Positions 39,290-51,415 of a stretch of DNA of 64,000 nucleotides are shown piece after piece (the first letter of the stretch is position 1; every line of letters begins with the position of its first letter). A program made the position numbers and the translations under genes. This stretch comes from Eledone cirrhosa (taxonomy: Eukaryota), in NCBI GenBank assembly GCA_964016885.1, contig OZ024746.1, positions 83,638,001 to 83,702,000 of the forward strand. Direction: 5' to 3'. The notes beneath the pieces were generated by a model, which did not search any database, was not told the DNA's origin, and was given only the letters and a program-made list of their open reading frames with translations.

Positions 39290-39458
39290 CGAAGGAAATG
39301 TGGTACGGAACCAGATGGACCATAACGCACCAAAGTACTCAATACTTAGGGTAGTAGAGTGGGTAATAGGAACGAGTAGGACCCCGACGGCTGAGCTCAC
39401 GCCGTTTCGACGGCTAATTCAGTCCAGAATTAGCCGTCAGGGTCCTACTCGTTCCTAT
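39288..39458 (-). mobile_element. (TA)n-embedded pLTR remnant with nested inversion + 78-nt tail
   Basis: Homologous to the 15974 and 46401 elements. ATAGGAACGAGTAGGACCC / GGGTCCTACTCGTTCCTAT arms, inner GACGGCTAATTC / GAATTAGCCGTC hairpin. Retains the GAAAC..GUC half of the ribozyme only. Confidence 0.75.
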
Positions 39459-40092
39459 ATATATCTATATATATGGAATAAGAAAATGCGAAGTAGTTTC
39501 TTATTGTAAATATACTCCATCATTCCTATATGGAAGAAATACGTTGAGTGCTTGAATTGAATTGCATCAATATTTACCGTATATATAATTTATTGGTGTG
39601 CAACGTTTAGTTACTACTGGTTCACCAGTTTGAACCCTCAATATACATACATATACACATGTATACAGGTAAGATGGTCATGGCTAGAACACTTTTGATA
39701 ATAAATTAACAGGAACAGAGCCGACTTTCGGCTTAACGTTATATTGTTATCAATGCGAAATAGTTATATTGAGTTATCTCTCTTGAGCAACTCTTTCGTT
39801 GTTGATTTGTTTCCTCCCTCACCTCTCATTCCCATCTCTTAATTGACGTATTCTCCGTTACATTAAAATATTTCCTTACTTGGCATCACTCACCAGTAAC
39901 AATTGTCAAAATTTAAAAAAAAGTAAAAAAACAAAACAAAAGTAGTTAGTTGTAATAGTAGTAGTAATTGTCTCTAATTTTAGCACAAGACCAGTAATTT
40001 TGGGGAAGGGAAAGTTAAATATATCGACTGGTACTTTATTTTATCAATTCCTAAAAGGATGAAACGCAAAGTTTACCTCGGTGGTGGTAGTG

Positions 40093-40123
<31 letters not shown>

Positions 40124-40324
40124 CAGTTGTATTTAATACTAATAATTAATAATACTAAACGTAGATCCAATGTAATACGAGAATAATAGTATAAATGTGT
40201 TCTTAAATAATCTTAATTCTGTATCCTACATGATTGGCAAGTGAAACGTACATATATATTTATATAGTCATACTTACATGTATGTATATACACACACACA
40301 CACACACATATACGTGTGTGTGTA

Positions 40325-40624
40325 TATTGAACAACGAATTTCCAAAAAGGCGAAGATAGGTTCTTAATGATTTCAGAGGGTTGCTTGATAAATCGATATA
40401 TTAACTCGATATATTAACTAAAAGATAGTGGTTATGCCACTACCTATTTCTAGTCAAGGTAATCTAGATCCATCTAGTATATCGAGACTAGAAATAGGTG
40501 GTGGCAAAATCACTATCAGTTAATATATCGATTTATTGAGATCAAACAACCCTCTGAAACGATCGTAAAACAATGAAATCATTAAGAACCTATCTTCGCC
40601 TTTCGTTAATTTCGTTGTTCAATA
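40325..40624. mobile_element. Foldback/MITE-like element with ~130-bp imperfect inverted arms
   Basis: 40325-40455 pairs with 40486-40624 (e.g. AAAGGCGAAGATAGGTTCTTAATGATTTCA / TGAAATCATTAAGAACCTATCTTCGCCTTT), with indels. Set in microsatellites. Confidence 0.7.
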
Positions 40625-40648
40625 CTCTCTCTCACACATACACTCGTG

Positions 40649-40731
<83 letters not shown>

Positions 40732-40795
40732 ATATGTATGTATGTATGTGTATGTCTATATAAATAAATACGTTTGTTTATGTTTATATAAATAC

Positions 40796-40849
<54 letters not shown>

Positions 40850-43739
40850 TCTTATGGTACAATTCTATAGAAATTAGTCATGCGAAGTTGATTTAATTTC
40901 AATTGCGTATCGTAAATAAAAGCAAACAAACCACAAAATGTCCTAATAATTTAGAATAGTGTTCTCTTATCTGTTTACTATGTATGTCCTTCGTATGTGT
41001 TGTTTTTATTTGATTATACTGGCCGTTTTTTTAATATTTACTTTAAATGAACATCGTATCAAGTTTTAGCAATGTCAATGTTCTTATAATGTTTACTCCT
41101 AAAACTATCTCTCTCTCTCTCTCTCTCACAAACCTATATACACGTGTGTGTGTATGTGAGAGAGATTCTCAAAATAAGATTTTGTTTAAATAAGAAAAGA
41201 ATATAAATATTATTGAATTATTTAAGACTATAATATTTGATAAGTTTATTTTTTTTACACGATGTAAATATTACACATTAGTTAAACTATAGTAGCCGAA
41301 AGGCTTGGACCTATCTTGAATTGGATAGCCAGGCATTTACGAATAGCACTAAAGTTTGGGGGGGGGGGGGTTTAGAAATGCCGGACACGAACAATGATGT
41401 AAGTGAGATAGAATTTGTTTTGAAATTAAATGCCAAACTTTATTTTCTAACTTTATTTTATGAACATAAACTACTTTCCCATTAAAAATACACGCACGCA
41501 ACAGTTTCTGCTAAAACAACGAAATGCAGTACAATTGTCTGGTTTTTAGACAACAAATCTTAAATATGCTTAACAAATGGTAAGGTTTACTTAGCATTTC
41601 TTATTAAGTTTGCATTTAAAGTTTAATTAGATGACTTTCGAGATGTTTTCATCAACCCATATCTCTGTCTGTCTATCTGTTTCTCTCTCTTTCTGTGACA
41701 CGTGTTTATGTTTATGAATGCTTTGACTATGTGTGTTTTCTGTTGCACAGTATATACATTTCCCCATTTATATATATAATCTCAATTATTATTCTTCGTT
41801 CCATACGCCATTACTGTGTTGGTTGTGTCTAATAAATAAAACAAAGAACTTGATAACAGCTGTAACTACAGTTGTCAACGGAGGCGTTATTTATTTATTT
41901 TACACAACTCCAGTAAAGAGGATTCTAGTCTGATGGCGACTCTATTTTGAAATGAAATACTTGTCTTTCTTTACACTCTTCCCAATATTCCGTTAGTATA
42001 TTTATCTTTTATGTTTACAATTAAAAAAAAATGTTCATATGGAATCAAATTATTCAGGAATGAAAGATTTTTGTTTTCGTGTATTTTTCATTTCATTTTG
42101 CCTTGTTTTATTTACGATTTAATTGATTATATTTATTGTTTGGATACTTGGTGTGGGGCTGGAGCCTAAATTTCACTTTTCTACCCATTCTAAAAAGAAA
42201 AGAAGAGAGAGAGAGAGTATGCATTTAAGAAGTGTCCGAAGTATTTTGCATCGGATGAGATCCTTGTCGCTAAAGTTTTAATGTGTTTCAAACATACTGG
42301 AGCTTTCATTTATATAACAATAAAATACAAATACGAAATAACTTTTTCAGAGATATATGAAATACCGCACAAACTATTTTTATATCTTTGTAAAAGTTTC
42401 TCCCGATCATTTCTTAATGAACTAGAAAAATATATATGTATATTTATTCCTGTGGTATTATTAGAAATAGCAGCCGAATCATATTTTACCATTTTAAATA
42501 AAGGACATATTGGATATGATCGTAGATACATTGTATTAGAAGAAGAGAGGGAGGGGGGTCACGACTAGACTGACCATTTATACCGCTAACTCCACTTAAT
42601 TGTGATATTATGTTATTTATTATATTTTAGAATTTATATTATATGGTGAGAGGGTTAAGAGATTCGCTTCTCAATCACAGTCATGAGTTCTATCCAATTG
42701 CATGACATCTTGAGCAAGTATCTTTTCCCATAGATTTGGGTTAATCCAAGCATTGTGACTGAAATTAGGTAAACAGAAGCACGTCAGATGGATTGTGCGC
42801 CGTAAATTCAAAGGTGAAGACTTTTCACACACTGTGTCACGTGTTTAAAGGATACTAAAAAAAAAAATCAAAAAAAAAAAATCACTCACTCCACAATTCG
42901 AAACCAACGGAGATCCATTTCACTTACAGTTGGTAACCATAGACATCTCTCAACTGTTAAAACTAACATTCTAGATTCTCAGATTATGTGGCAGTGTTGG
43001 ATATACAACTAAACATGATTTTTGTATTATATTTGGTATAGAATTAATTATTTGTCTTACAATTAACTTCTTTATGATTTGTTTGTCACAGTTTAATTTG
43101 CAAATTAATTCTGGATTTAAAACAAACACTGAAATATGCCTTTTCATTATTTCGTTTTTAATTAATCCATCCATATATATTCCATGTAAAACAATGTTAT
43201 CCTTAAATTTTAGAACTAGTTTTATAGAACATTCTAGCTAGATTTTGATAGCATGGCTTCAAGTGATTTCTTACAGAAAAACAATTTTTTTTTCAATTTA
43301 AATTGGATATCAAAAATCTTTATTAATCTAAATAAACATAGATGATGAAAATAAATTATATACAAATAGATTTATATATCTCAGGGTTTTTTTCAAATGT
43401 GCTTGTCATCAGAAGGCAAAACCTATATCGATGTGGGAAAGGAAACTACGTACCACTTTGTCAGGTTTTTTGGCTTACAAAATCTCTGCTTCTGAGTTTT
43501 AAATGTCACTGGTATTCTGAGAGAGGAATTGAATCGATTAAATTCATGTATCCATTCAAAATTATTATTATTATTGTGTGTGTGTGACTCAAATAGTAAT
43601 TACTTTAAAGATTATAAGAAGTAACAAATTTTCTCTTAGTCCCCTTGTCAACCTATGAGCCAATTTAGTAGCCTCTACTTTGTCACTCAACCTACAAGAA
43701 AAAAAAAATCACAGTTGGCTTGTGGGAAGGCAGGTCTTC

Positions 43740-44215
43740 TGTAGTACAATATATCACCTGTTGAATCAATCCTGTGTCATCTTCGTATGGTTCAGCTTCT
43801 TGAGGTTACATCATTCCAAGTTTTCTTGGGTCTACTTCTTCCACAGTTTCCATTAACTCTGAGGGCCATACCCTTTTTTTTTTATGCAGCTGTCATTCTT
43901 GATACACAGCACATGTCCATACTTGTGCTGTCCTCTCTCTTGTACACTCTATCAAATCCTTCTTATGATCAGCTTTTCTCTCAGTTTGTTGATACTTTGT
44001 CTATCATGCTCACTAACATGGCACACCCATCTGAGCATGCTCACTTCATTTCTTTCCAATCTTCGTAGATCGCCCGAGTTCATGGTTCAAGTCTCACACA
44101 GTTCTCGTGCGAGCATCATACACTCTGCTTTTCATTTTGAGTGAGAAACCCTTTGTAGCCAGCAGAATTAGTATCTCGCTGAACTTTTTCCACCTGGTTC
44201 TCACTTTAGTTACTC
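43740..44215 (-). mobile_element. RTE-clade LINE 3' remnant
   Basis: Minus strand GFSLKMKSRVYDA..LRRLERNEVSMLRWVCHVS..LREKL..YGHV. Homologous to 15060-15430. Confidence 0.75.
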
Positions 44216-45058
44216 TGTGTGTGAAGTGTTCAGGACATGACGACTGGGAATAGCACAAAACAGGTAGTACTCAATAAGCGTAGGTATAATTAAAAGGTGT
44301 TGTCTGGTTTAGAATAGTTACACTATATCCTTGTATGTCGCAAGAAGTGACTAAAATGGTTGGTGTCAGGAACGGCATTTAGCTGTTTAAGATTGGAAAC
44401 AACTCCCCTGGAACACGCCTGTACATATTCATCTTTCAAACATTAAAAACAAAAATCAACTTGTAAAAAAAAAAAGAATAATTTTACTTTTTCAAATTTA
44501 CTATTTGAAGTTTGTATGTAATATTAAAATTCAAAAAAATATTTTATGCAACTGCAATAAAATATTTTTTTGAATATATATATAAATAACATAACAAATA
44601 TAAAATCATGAACAGAAATGATAAAGAAAAGAAATAAAAAATAAAAAAAAGGTGGGGTTGGGGGCAACTCACCACCAAGTGCGACAATTGGCAACACCTC
44701 ACACCTTGGGGGGTCAATTGTACACTTTCAGGGAAGCCAACACGTCGCAACATTACCACGGGTTGCGCGAGATAAGGTATGTTTAAATAAAATTCATTTG
44801 TTTTATATGAATAAAGTATTTCTCTAAACCAATTTTTTTTTAATGTCTTATAAAAAAACATAAGTGAAAACAAAACAGTGCAATCAAATTTTTGCGGAAA
44901 AAAATGTCTATTTTTAACTAATTCACATAAACGTATTAGCGTTTACAGACAGGAACATAAATACAAACGCATACAAACATGTATAGCTGGCATTTCTAGA
45001 ATTACCCCTCTGATGAAGCAATATATACAGATAAATGAGATGAAAGAATGGTATTTAA

Positions 45059-45964
45059 CTAATGTAATGGTACGCGATGGGGCCCACCCACAGCCCCGGC
45101 GGACAGAATGGAGAAGGCGTTTCCCCGGAGGACGGCAAGGGAGACGCGCTTGAAAAGCCACCCCAACTCGCGGGGCTCACACCTACGGCTGGCCAGCTCA
45201 GCGCCTATGGTGGTGAGTAAGGAGGTAGCCCTGGGGCCGAGGACACCAGAAGTTTCCACTGCCAGGGGAACGACCGCAAACCTGTCGGAGAGCGACCGGC
45301 ATTTGAGGAGTTTGGCCCCCTCAACCCGACGTGCAGCAGAACCTGGGTCAGTCGCAGACTGCACCAGGTTGCGGCTGCAGAAAGTGTCGGTGCAAATGGC
45401 ATCCCAGACGAGGGGTTTGCCACGGCGGAACGGGAAGATGGTCATGCCATCTGGCCTTTTGCCGTCCCCTCGATCCAGCCCCACCGGCTCGAGCTGGGAA
45501 GAGAAGCCTGCAACGTCCAAGCCATGCTTAATGACCTCGTTGAGGGCAGTATGGCGTGGAATGCGGCCGGCACTGTGGCGACAGGAAAGCGGGTGGAGGC
45601 CGAAAGAGTCCACGGTGGAACCGCAGCGACATTGGTGTGGCTGGCAGATCCGGAGGCCGAGCCTCATGGAAACGCCGATTCGCAGGCTATGGTTGTCTAG
45701 CTGCGTGCCAGTGGAGAAGGGGGGGGGGGGGGGCAGAACATGGAGCCAGGCACCACTGTGGGGTTTGGAGGCCGCACGAAAACAAGCAAGGCGGTGCTGG
45801 TCGAGCTGGCGCGTGAGCTTGTCTGAGGCCAGGCTGCACAGGATGGCATCCCAAGTGCGTTGGGGGGACTTGACGTCAACAGGGGGAGAAGGCGGAGGGA
45901 CGTCTACTGGGCTAAGTCCCAGCCGGTCCCACGTCTCACAGGCGGCCTCACGTTCTCTGAACAC
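45059..45964 (-). CDS. C-terminal zinc knuckle + restriction-like endonuclease (RLE) of a CRE-like non-LTR retrotransposon, 5'-truncated
   Basis: HSGAWL..P, RLGL, CRCG..G.H.LSC..RH.ALN, LEP.GLDRGDGKRPDG.T, LVWD, E.AK..K, VPLAVETSG, S.AVLRGNA. Markedly GC-rich island. Confidence 0.88.
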   Translation of the reverse strand: MFREREAACETWDRLGLSPVDVPPPSPPVDVKSPQRTWDAILCSLASDKLTRQLDQHRLACFRAASKPHSGAWLHVLPPPPPFSTGTQLDNHSLRIGVSMRLGLRICQPHQCRCGSTVDSFGLHPLSCRHSAGRIPRHTALNEVIKHGLDVAGFSSQLEPVGLDRGDGKRPDGMTIFPFRRGKPLVWDAICTDTFCSRNLVQSATDPGSAARRVEGAKLLKCRSLSDRFAVVPLAVETSGVLGPRATSLLTTIGAELASRRCEPRELGWLFKRVSLAVLRGNAFSILSAGAVGGPHRVPLH

Positions 45965-46370
45965 AGAGGGTTCTGTTATCGAGATGTTGATTGTCTATAA
46001 AATACAGTTATGGTTTCCGCGATTTTCAGAAAAAAAAATCCTTTAAAGAATTCGCAACAAAATATGTTAGTAAACTACTCTCTATTTTTTTTAACTGTAT
46101 TTAAATTGTCTGACTTCCAATAAGCCTGTTTTACTATAATTTGAACCGTGAAAACTAACGACCACCGCCTTCGTATTTATCTTCGAGATGTGTCTATTAA
46201 TAAATATTCTCCTGTAACGATAGTTAACTCTTTATGCAAGGGAATTAAGTCATTGATCATAAAAGTTACCTCCCTTAGATTATTCAAGCGTGCGTATATG
46301 TACGCACACACACTTATAAAAAAGAAAAAAATAGGTATATTTTTGTTTATTATTTCCTTTTATTTCATAA

Positions 46371-46400
<30 letters not shown>

Positions 46401-46401
<1 letters not shown>

Positions 46402-46740
46402 GGAACCAGTAAGACCCCGACAGCTGAGCTCAAGCCGTTTCGACGGCTAATTCTGGACTAAATGAAAATTTGTCCTGGTATTTAAATAGCCGATCTTCTC
46501 AAGGGGTAATTCCATATATGGTCAAAGTGATTGTCAAAAATCAGTAGTAATTCTGTGGTTGCAAATTAGTAGGGGAGATGGTGGCTAAACCTGCCAGTAG
46601 GAGAAAGAGGGGAGGGGGTGGAGTAGACCCAATCAAGCGTTGGTAGTGCCAGCTACAGCTGGGCATGAGGTCAAAGAAGATACAGGGGAGGGGGAGGAAG
46701 TCGGAACGGTAGGTAGAACAATGGGGGGTAGAAATATAAT
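46401..46740 (-). mobile_element. Penelope-type pLTR fragment abutting (TA)n
   Basis: First ~60 nt nearly identical to 39368-39420. Contains a complete hammerhead. The right boundary is uncertain (palindrome TAGAAATATAATATTTCTA near 46729-46747). Confidence 0.65.
46414..46507 (-). ncRNA. Type I hammerhead ribozyme, U3-A8 core variant
   Basis: Minus strand: ACCCC-TTGAGAA-GA(T)CGGCTA...TAGCCGTC-GAA-ACGGCT(TGAGCTC)AGCTGT-C-GGGGT. All three stems pair. C3-G8 is replaced by U3-A8. Confidence 0.75.
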
Positions 46741-47071
46741 ATTTCTATTATATATAGTAGAATAATCGAGTATCGAAAAATCGGCGCACGAGTTCACGAT
46801 AAACAAAATTCGAAATGAGCGGCAGAGGGCTCTATAATTCAAATAAATCAGAGCTATAACTATCGTTAAAATACCGTCACACGTAGAATATGTCTACAAT
46901 CAACCAAATAACCGAAAAGTTCGATATGGAAGATTCGGGACACTCAGATAAATTATCAATAAATCAATATATATATATATATATATAACCAAAAGATTAT
47001 ATATAATAAAAAATATATTTTGATTACTACATTTATTAATATTTTGAATTAATAAATTAATATATATATAT

Positions 47072-47160
47072 AGGAGAGAATACATGAAAAGAACATGTTT
47101 TCATTACAGGGTATTCATTATATTACAGGGAACAACGCTGGTTCTTTACTCCGTTGCTTC

Positions 47161-47165
<5 letters not shown>
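47072..47165 (+). mobile_element. Tail-only element between (TA)n tracts
   Basis: CATTAT.TTACAGGGAA.AACG...CTCCGTT is shared with the 23152-23235 tail. Preceded by a hairpin in both copies. Confidence 0.5.
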
Positions 47166-47216
<51 letters not shown>

Positions 47217-47354
47217 TTTATTATAGCTAAGTGGTGAGTATTGTTATTCTGGAGTTTCACCTGCGCACTAGCAGGATCATCAGACAATTTAAACTCTACG
47301 TGGATATTGTACTTTTTTCCACATCCGTCAACAACACACAGATATATATACACA

Positions 47355-47706
47355 GTCACGACAAAAAAACACACAGTCCACGCTGTAAATGTGGCCGTGT
47401 AGGCAACACGGTAAAAACCTCCCAGCCCCACACTGTAAATGTGGTTGGTGTTAGGAAGGGCATCCAGCTGTAGAAAACCCGCCAGACAGTCCACGCTGTA
47501 ATGTGGCCGTGTAGGCAACACGGTAAAAACCTCCCAGCCCCACACTGTAAATGTGGTTGGTGTTAGGAAGGGCATCCAACTGTAGAAAACCCGCCAGACA
47601 GTCCTATGCGAGCAAGACAACCACTCTTGCCTCAAGTGGGAAAACCCCCGTCCAAACCCATGCAAGCATGGAACATGGACGCTAAACCTGATGATGATGA
47701 TGATGA
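47355..47706 (+). mobile_element. RTE-tailed SINE fragment with internal ~115-bp tandem duplication
   Basis: CAGTCCACGCTGTAA..GAAAACCCGCCAGA occurs twice. Ends CATGCAAGCATGGAACATGGACG..(GAT)n. Confidence 0.75.
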
Positions 47707-47951
47707 CACACACAAGCTCTGGCTACCGTATACTACAGCTTTGTTTTTAAATTGTAAAATGTTATTGAATCCCCATGGCAAACCTGGACAAGCTGTCATA
47801 TGACTGAGTGCGTTCCATGATTGACCATGCCATCTTTTTTTGTATACCTAGGATTACATTGTCCAAGTTCTTAGATAAAACTGGGATTTGATAAAGAGCT
47901 GGCTGTTTTATCACATAGAGCTTCCCTAGTTGGCTTGTAAATTAATATACC

Positions 47952-48016
<65 letters not shown>

Positions 48017-48098
48017 ATAAAATAAAATAAAATAACAGGAGACTGGATTGGTGTAAATCCTTGAAAGGTTTATTATACTATGATCATTTCAAACCTAA

Positions 48099-48156
<58 letters not shown>

Positions 48157-50350
48157 AGGTGTTTGCTCCGACATAGCTGTATACATATAGGTATGTATCC
48201 AGAAATCTACTATATTAGTGAAAACATTTTTTCGGTTCAATTGGCTGTTTCTGCTAAGTTTAATGAGGAACGCACAAACAAATATATATGTGCAATTTTA
48301 GTATTATATAGACTATAATTTGTGTTGGTGTTGTTGCATGTTATGATTGTATAGATACATTTCTTGACAAAGATAAAAATCTGTAGACCTTTTTAAAACC
48401 TGCAATGGATCACCTTTAATATGGCAAGTTTCATCCAACAAGAAGACTTGTGAATCTCATGCTCAAAGTAACCTTCAATCTCTTAGTCTCTAATTTAACC
48501 CTTTTGATAGCAAACCAGCTAAAACTGACCTCATTTCTATGATATAAAATAGTTTGTTTTAAAGTGTTTATATTCATCTAAGAACCTTTATGTTGCAAAC
48601 ACCAACCCAATAATGAGAATGTTAGTTTTATTACTAAATCCCTCAAATTCTTGACTATTTTCAAAATGATTTGAAAATTATGGGTAGTGTCTTTCATTAT
48701 AAACATGGTACAGAAGTGTCAAATGTTTTAATACTCACTCAACAACACACTACATCATCTAGCCAACAGGTGATGTCTCTTTTTTGTTTCATCACCACCA
48801 TAATAGTGTCTGTTCTCCAGAACTACTCAGATACATACCACTCATCCATCTCGCCCCGGGGTTCTTTACTAACCACTATGTCCAATCCATACGTTTCTGG
48901 GAATCAATCCCATGAATTATTTGGCATTCAGATGTTTTCTGCAGACATCGACTTAGAGATATTCAAGTTGAACATAAACTGCTTGCAAAGGTCAGGGTTA
49001 TAGCACCTTCTTTCTGGCTAAGCCATGAAAAAAGAAATTGCATTCACCTTTTCTGTTTATTTAATAACAATAACAAGCATTTTAAGGCAGGGATTAGTTT
49101 TGTGGAGCTCATGACAAGCTTCTTCATTTTTGCCTTATTGGCAGAATTCCCTGTCTTACTAATCCTCTAGTTTATCTATTTTCTCTTTGAAGCTACTAGA
49201 GTAGATTGTTGTTTTGTTTTGATAAAATATCAGTTGTTGAACCACTTGCTGTAGAATATATCACAATTGATTAAGATATCCACTTTTGTAGTAGTTGCAT
49301 GTTTGAATTCAGTTTAACCATTACCTGCAGTGCAGGCTGTGTGTGATTAGAACCAGGTGAGTTTCAACAATAAGTTTAGCCTAGAAAGACATGTAGTTTA
49401 TTTATTCAGTATACAAAATCTCACAATGTCATGAAAACCATTGACATTATATAAAAATAATTGAGCAGTATCTAATAAATACAAAACACTCTATTAAAGG
49501 GAGCAGAAAAGGAGAAAAAGAAAGGAGGAGCAAGCAACAAAAGAAAGGATGAGTGAGGGACAGTCACTGAACCCCAGTTTGAGTGGTGCATCAGTTGTGC
49601 CCTGTGGACAAATTGGCAAAAGCGTTACTGCAGAAAATGGCCCAAGACACCTACTGCAACAGTCACCCTACTTCATGGGCCGCCATATTAGTCTTGTTAA
49701 TTGATCTGGTGATTCTAGTCAGAGACTGCATATTGTAATGGTCTCTTTTTGTTTTCTGTAGGTTTAAAGGTGGATTTAAACCCAATATTGTGCAAGCTAA
49801 CATAGCTTCTAGTAGTTACACAATAGTCACAGTCTGTTAGCAGAAGACAATTTTTTCTTTGTGTTTTATAATTATAACTAAGTGGACTAAGCTGCTGAGA
49901 GGTTAAGTGTCTTGTTCAAGGTTACAGTGCAGCATCACTGATAGAACATGTACTGTTGATTCTTTTGCTGATAGCCTGACCCATTGACTTGTCAGTCTAA
50001 AGCTCAATATGAAAAGAAATAAAAAGTTATTTCTGAAGTATGTGACATATAAATGGTAAGAATGAACTTTATCAAGATGGAATAAATTTTACTTTTGTCT
50101 TCTAAAGATGGAACTGTGATTGAAATACTCATCTTAGCTCAGCTCTTGTATCTTCGGTTAACAAACTTAGCTTTCTTCACAATTTTTATTTAGTTTCCTA
50201 AGAGTTTATGAGATGTAACATTACGTAAAGTTAGTAGATGGATAGATACTCTGTTAGCTGTGATGATGACTATTCCAGTTTGATCAACTAAACTATCTAC
50301 GCATTAAATTATTGTGATGGTTGTAGAGTATTTTACAAATGCTTGTACCC

Positions 50351-50577
50351 TTAACCCTTTAGCATTTAAACCAGCCATATCCGGCCATAATTCTCTCATC
50401 TCTTTCTGTTCAAACCAGCCATAACTGGCCAGTCGTACCAATGTTAACCTATTGTTCTCAAAATGAATATCAAAATCTCGTAAATTCAATATTATGTGAG
50501 ATAATTATGTAAGGTAAAGCCTTTACCGCAAAAATACAATAGTACATATAGAGTAATGTAAATACTAAAGCGTTAAT
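50351..50577. mobile_element. piggyBac-type MITE, family B
   Basis: TTAA-CCCTTTAGCATTT ... AAATACTAAAGCG-TTAA. Confidence 0.7.
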
Positions 50578-51255
50578 ATAATCATGAGACAATCAGCATG
50601 ATACAGTGTGTTACAAGGCTGGTTCTTTGAATTACTGATACAGTCAATCTGACAGACTTCAGTACAATTTTATTTAACCCAATTTTATTCACAGGAAGGG
50701 TTAAACAAGGTTCTACAAAACGAGATGAAACTCAGAACTTCATGATTGCAAAACAAATTTCTTAACCACCTGTCCATGTCTTCACATTCATTTATTTTTA
50801 AGACATATATACACATATACTTTATTTTCTTCCCTAGCTTATTTTGTTAATATTTTTGTTTGGTTGGCAATTTGATTTTTGGACTATACCTTTCAGCACT
50901 TCTAAGCTTTCCTTGTGTTAGCCACTTCAATGCTGTAAGCTAGTTTATCCATACATGAAGCACTTTTTTTGGAACCTTTACTTGGCTCTTTATCAAAAAC
51001 AACTGTGAATTGCTTCCTTTCCACATCTTTTGTTCTTTAATCAATGTAATATGATATTTTTTATTCTGGCTACTAAATATTCATCACTTGGATGGCAGCT
51101 GTGGTAGAAGACCTGCATAGATAGCCATTCTGGGGTTACTTTGCTAATCCTTGCTGTATACAATTGATTTTCTTGCTTTATGTGATATGCTTGAGGATTT
51201 CAGAAAAGGGTCTGGTGTACTTTCTACTTTTGAATCAATATTATACATATTGCAG

Positions 51256-51415
<160 letters not shown>

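Noticed and set aside
39366-39458. Complete hammerhead in the 39288 element
   Set aside because: It has GAAAC..GUC and three helices, but the CUGANGA/UUGAGAA box is missing. The helices arise from the inversion. The 15974 copy has also lost GAAA.
45108-46046. 312-aa plus-strand ORF
   Set aside because: Antisense shadow of the GC-rich CRE ORF, with no recognisable motifs.
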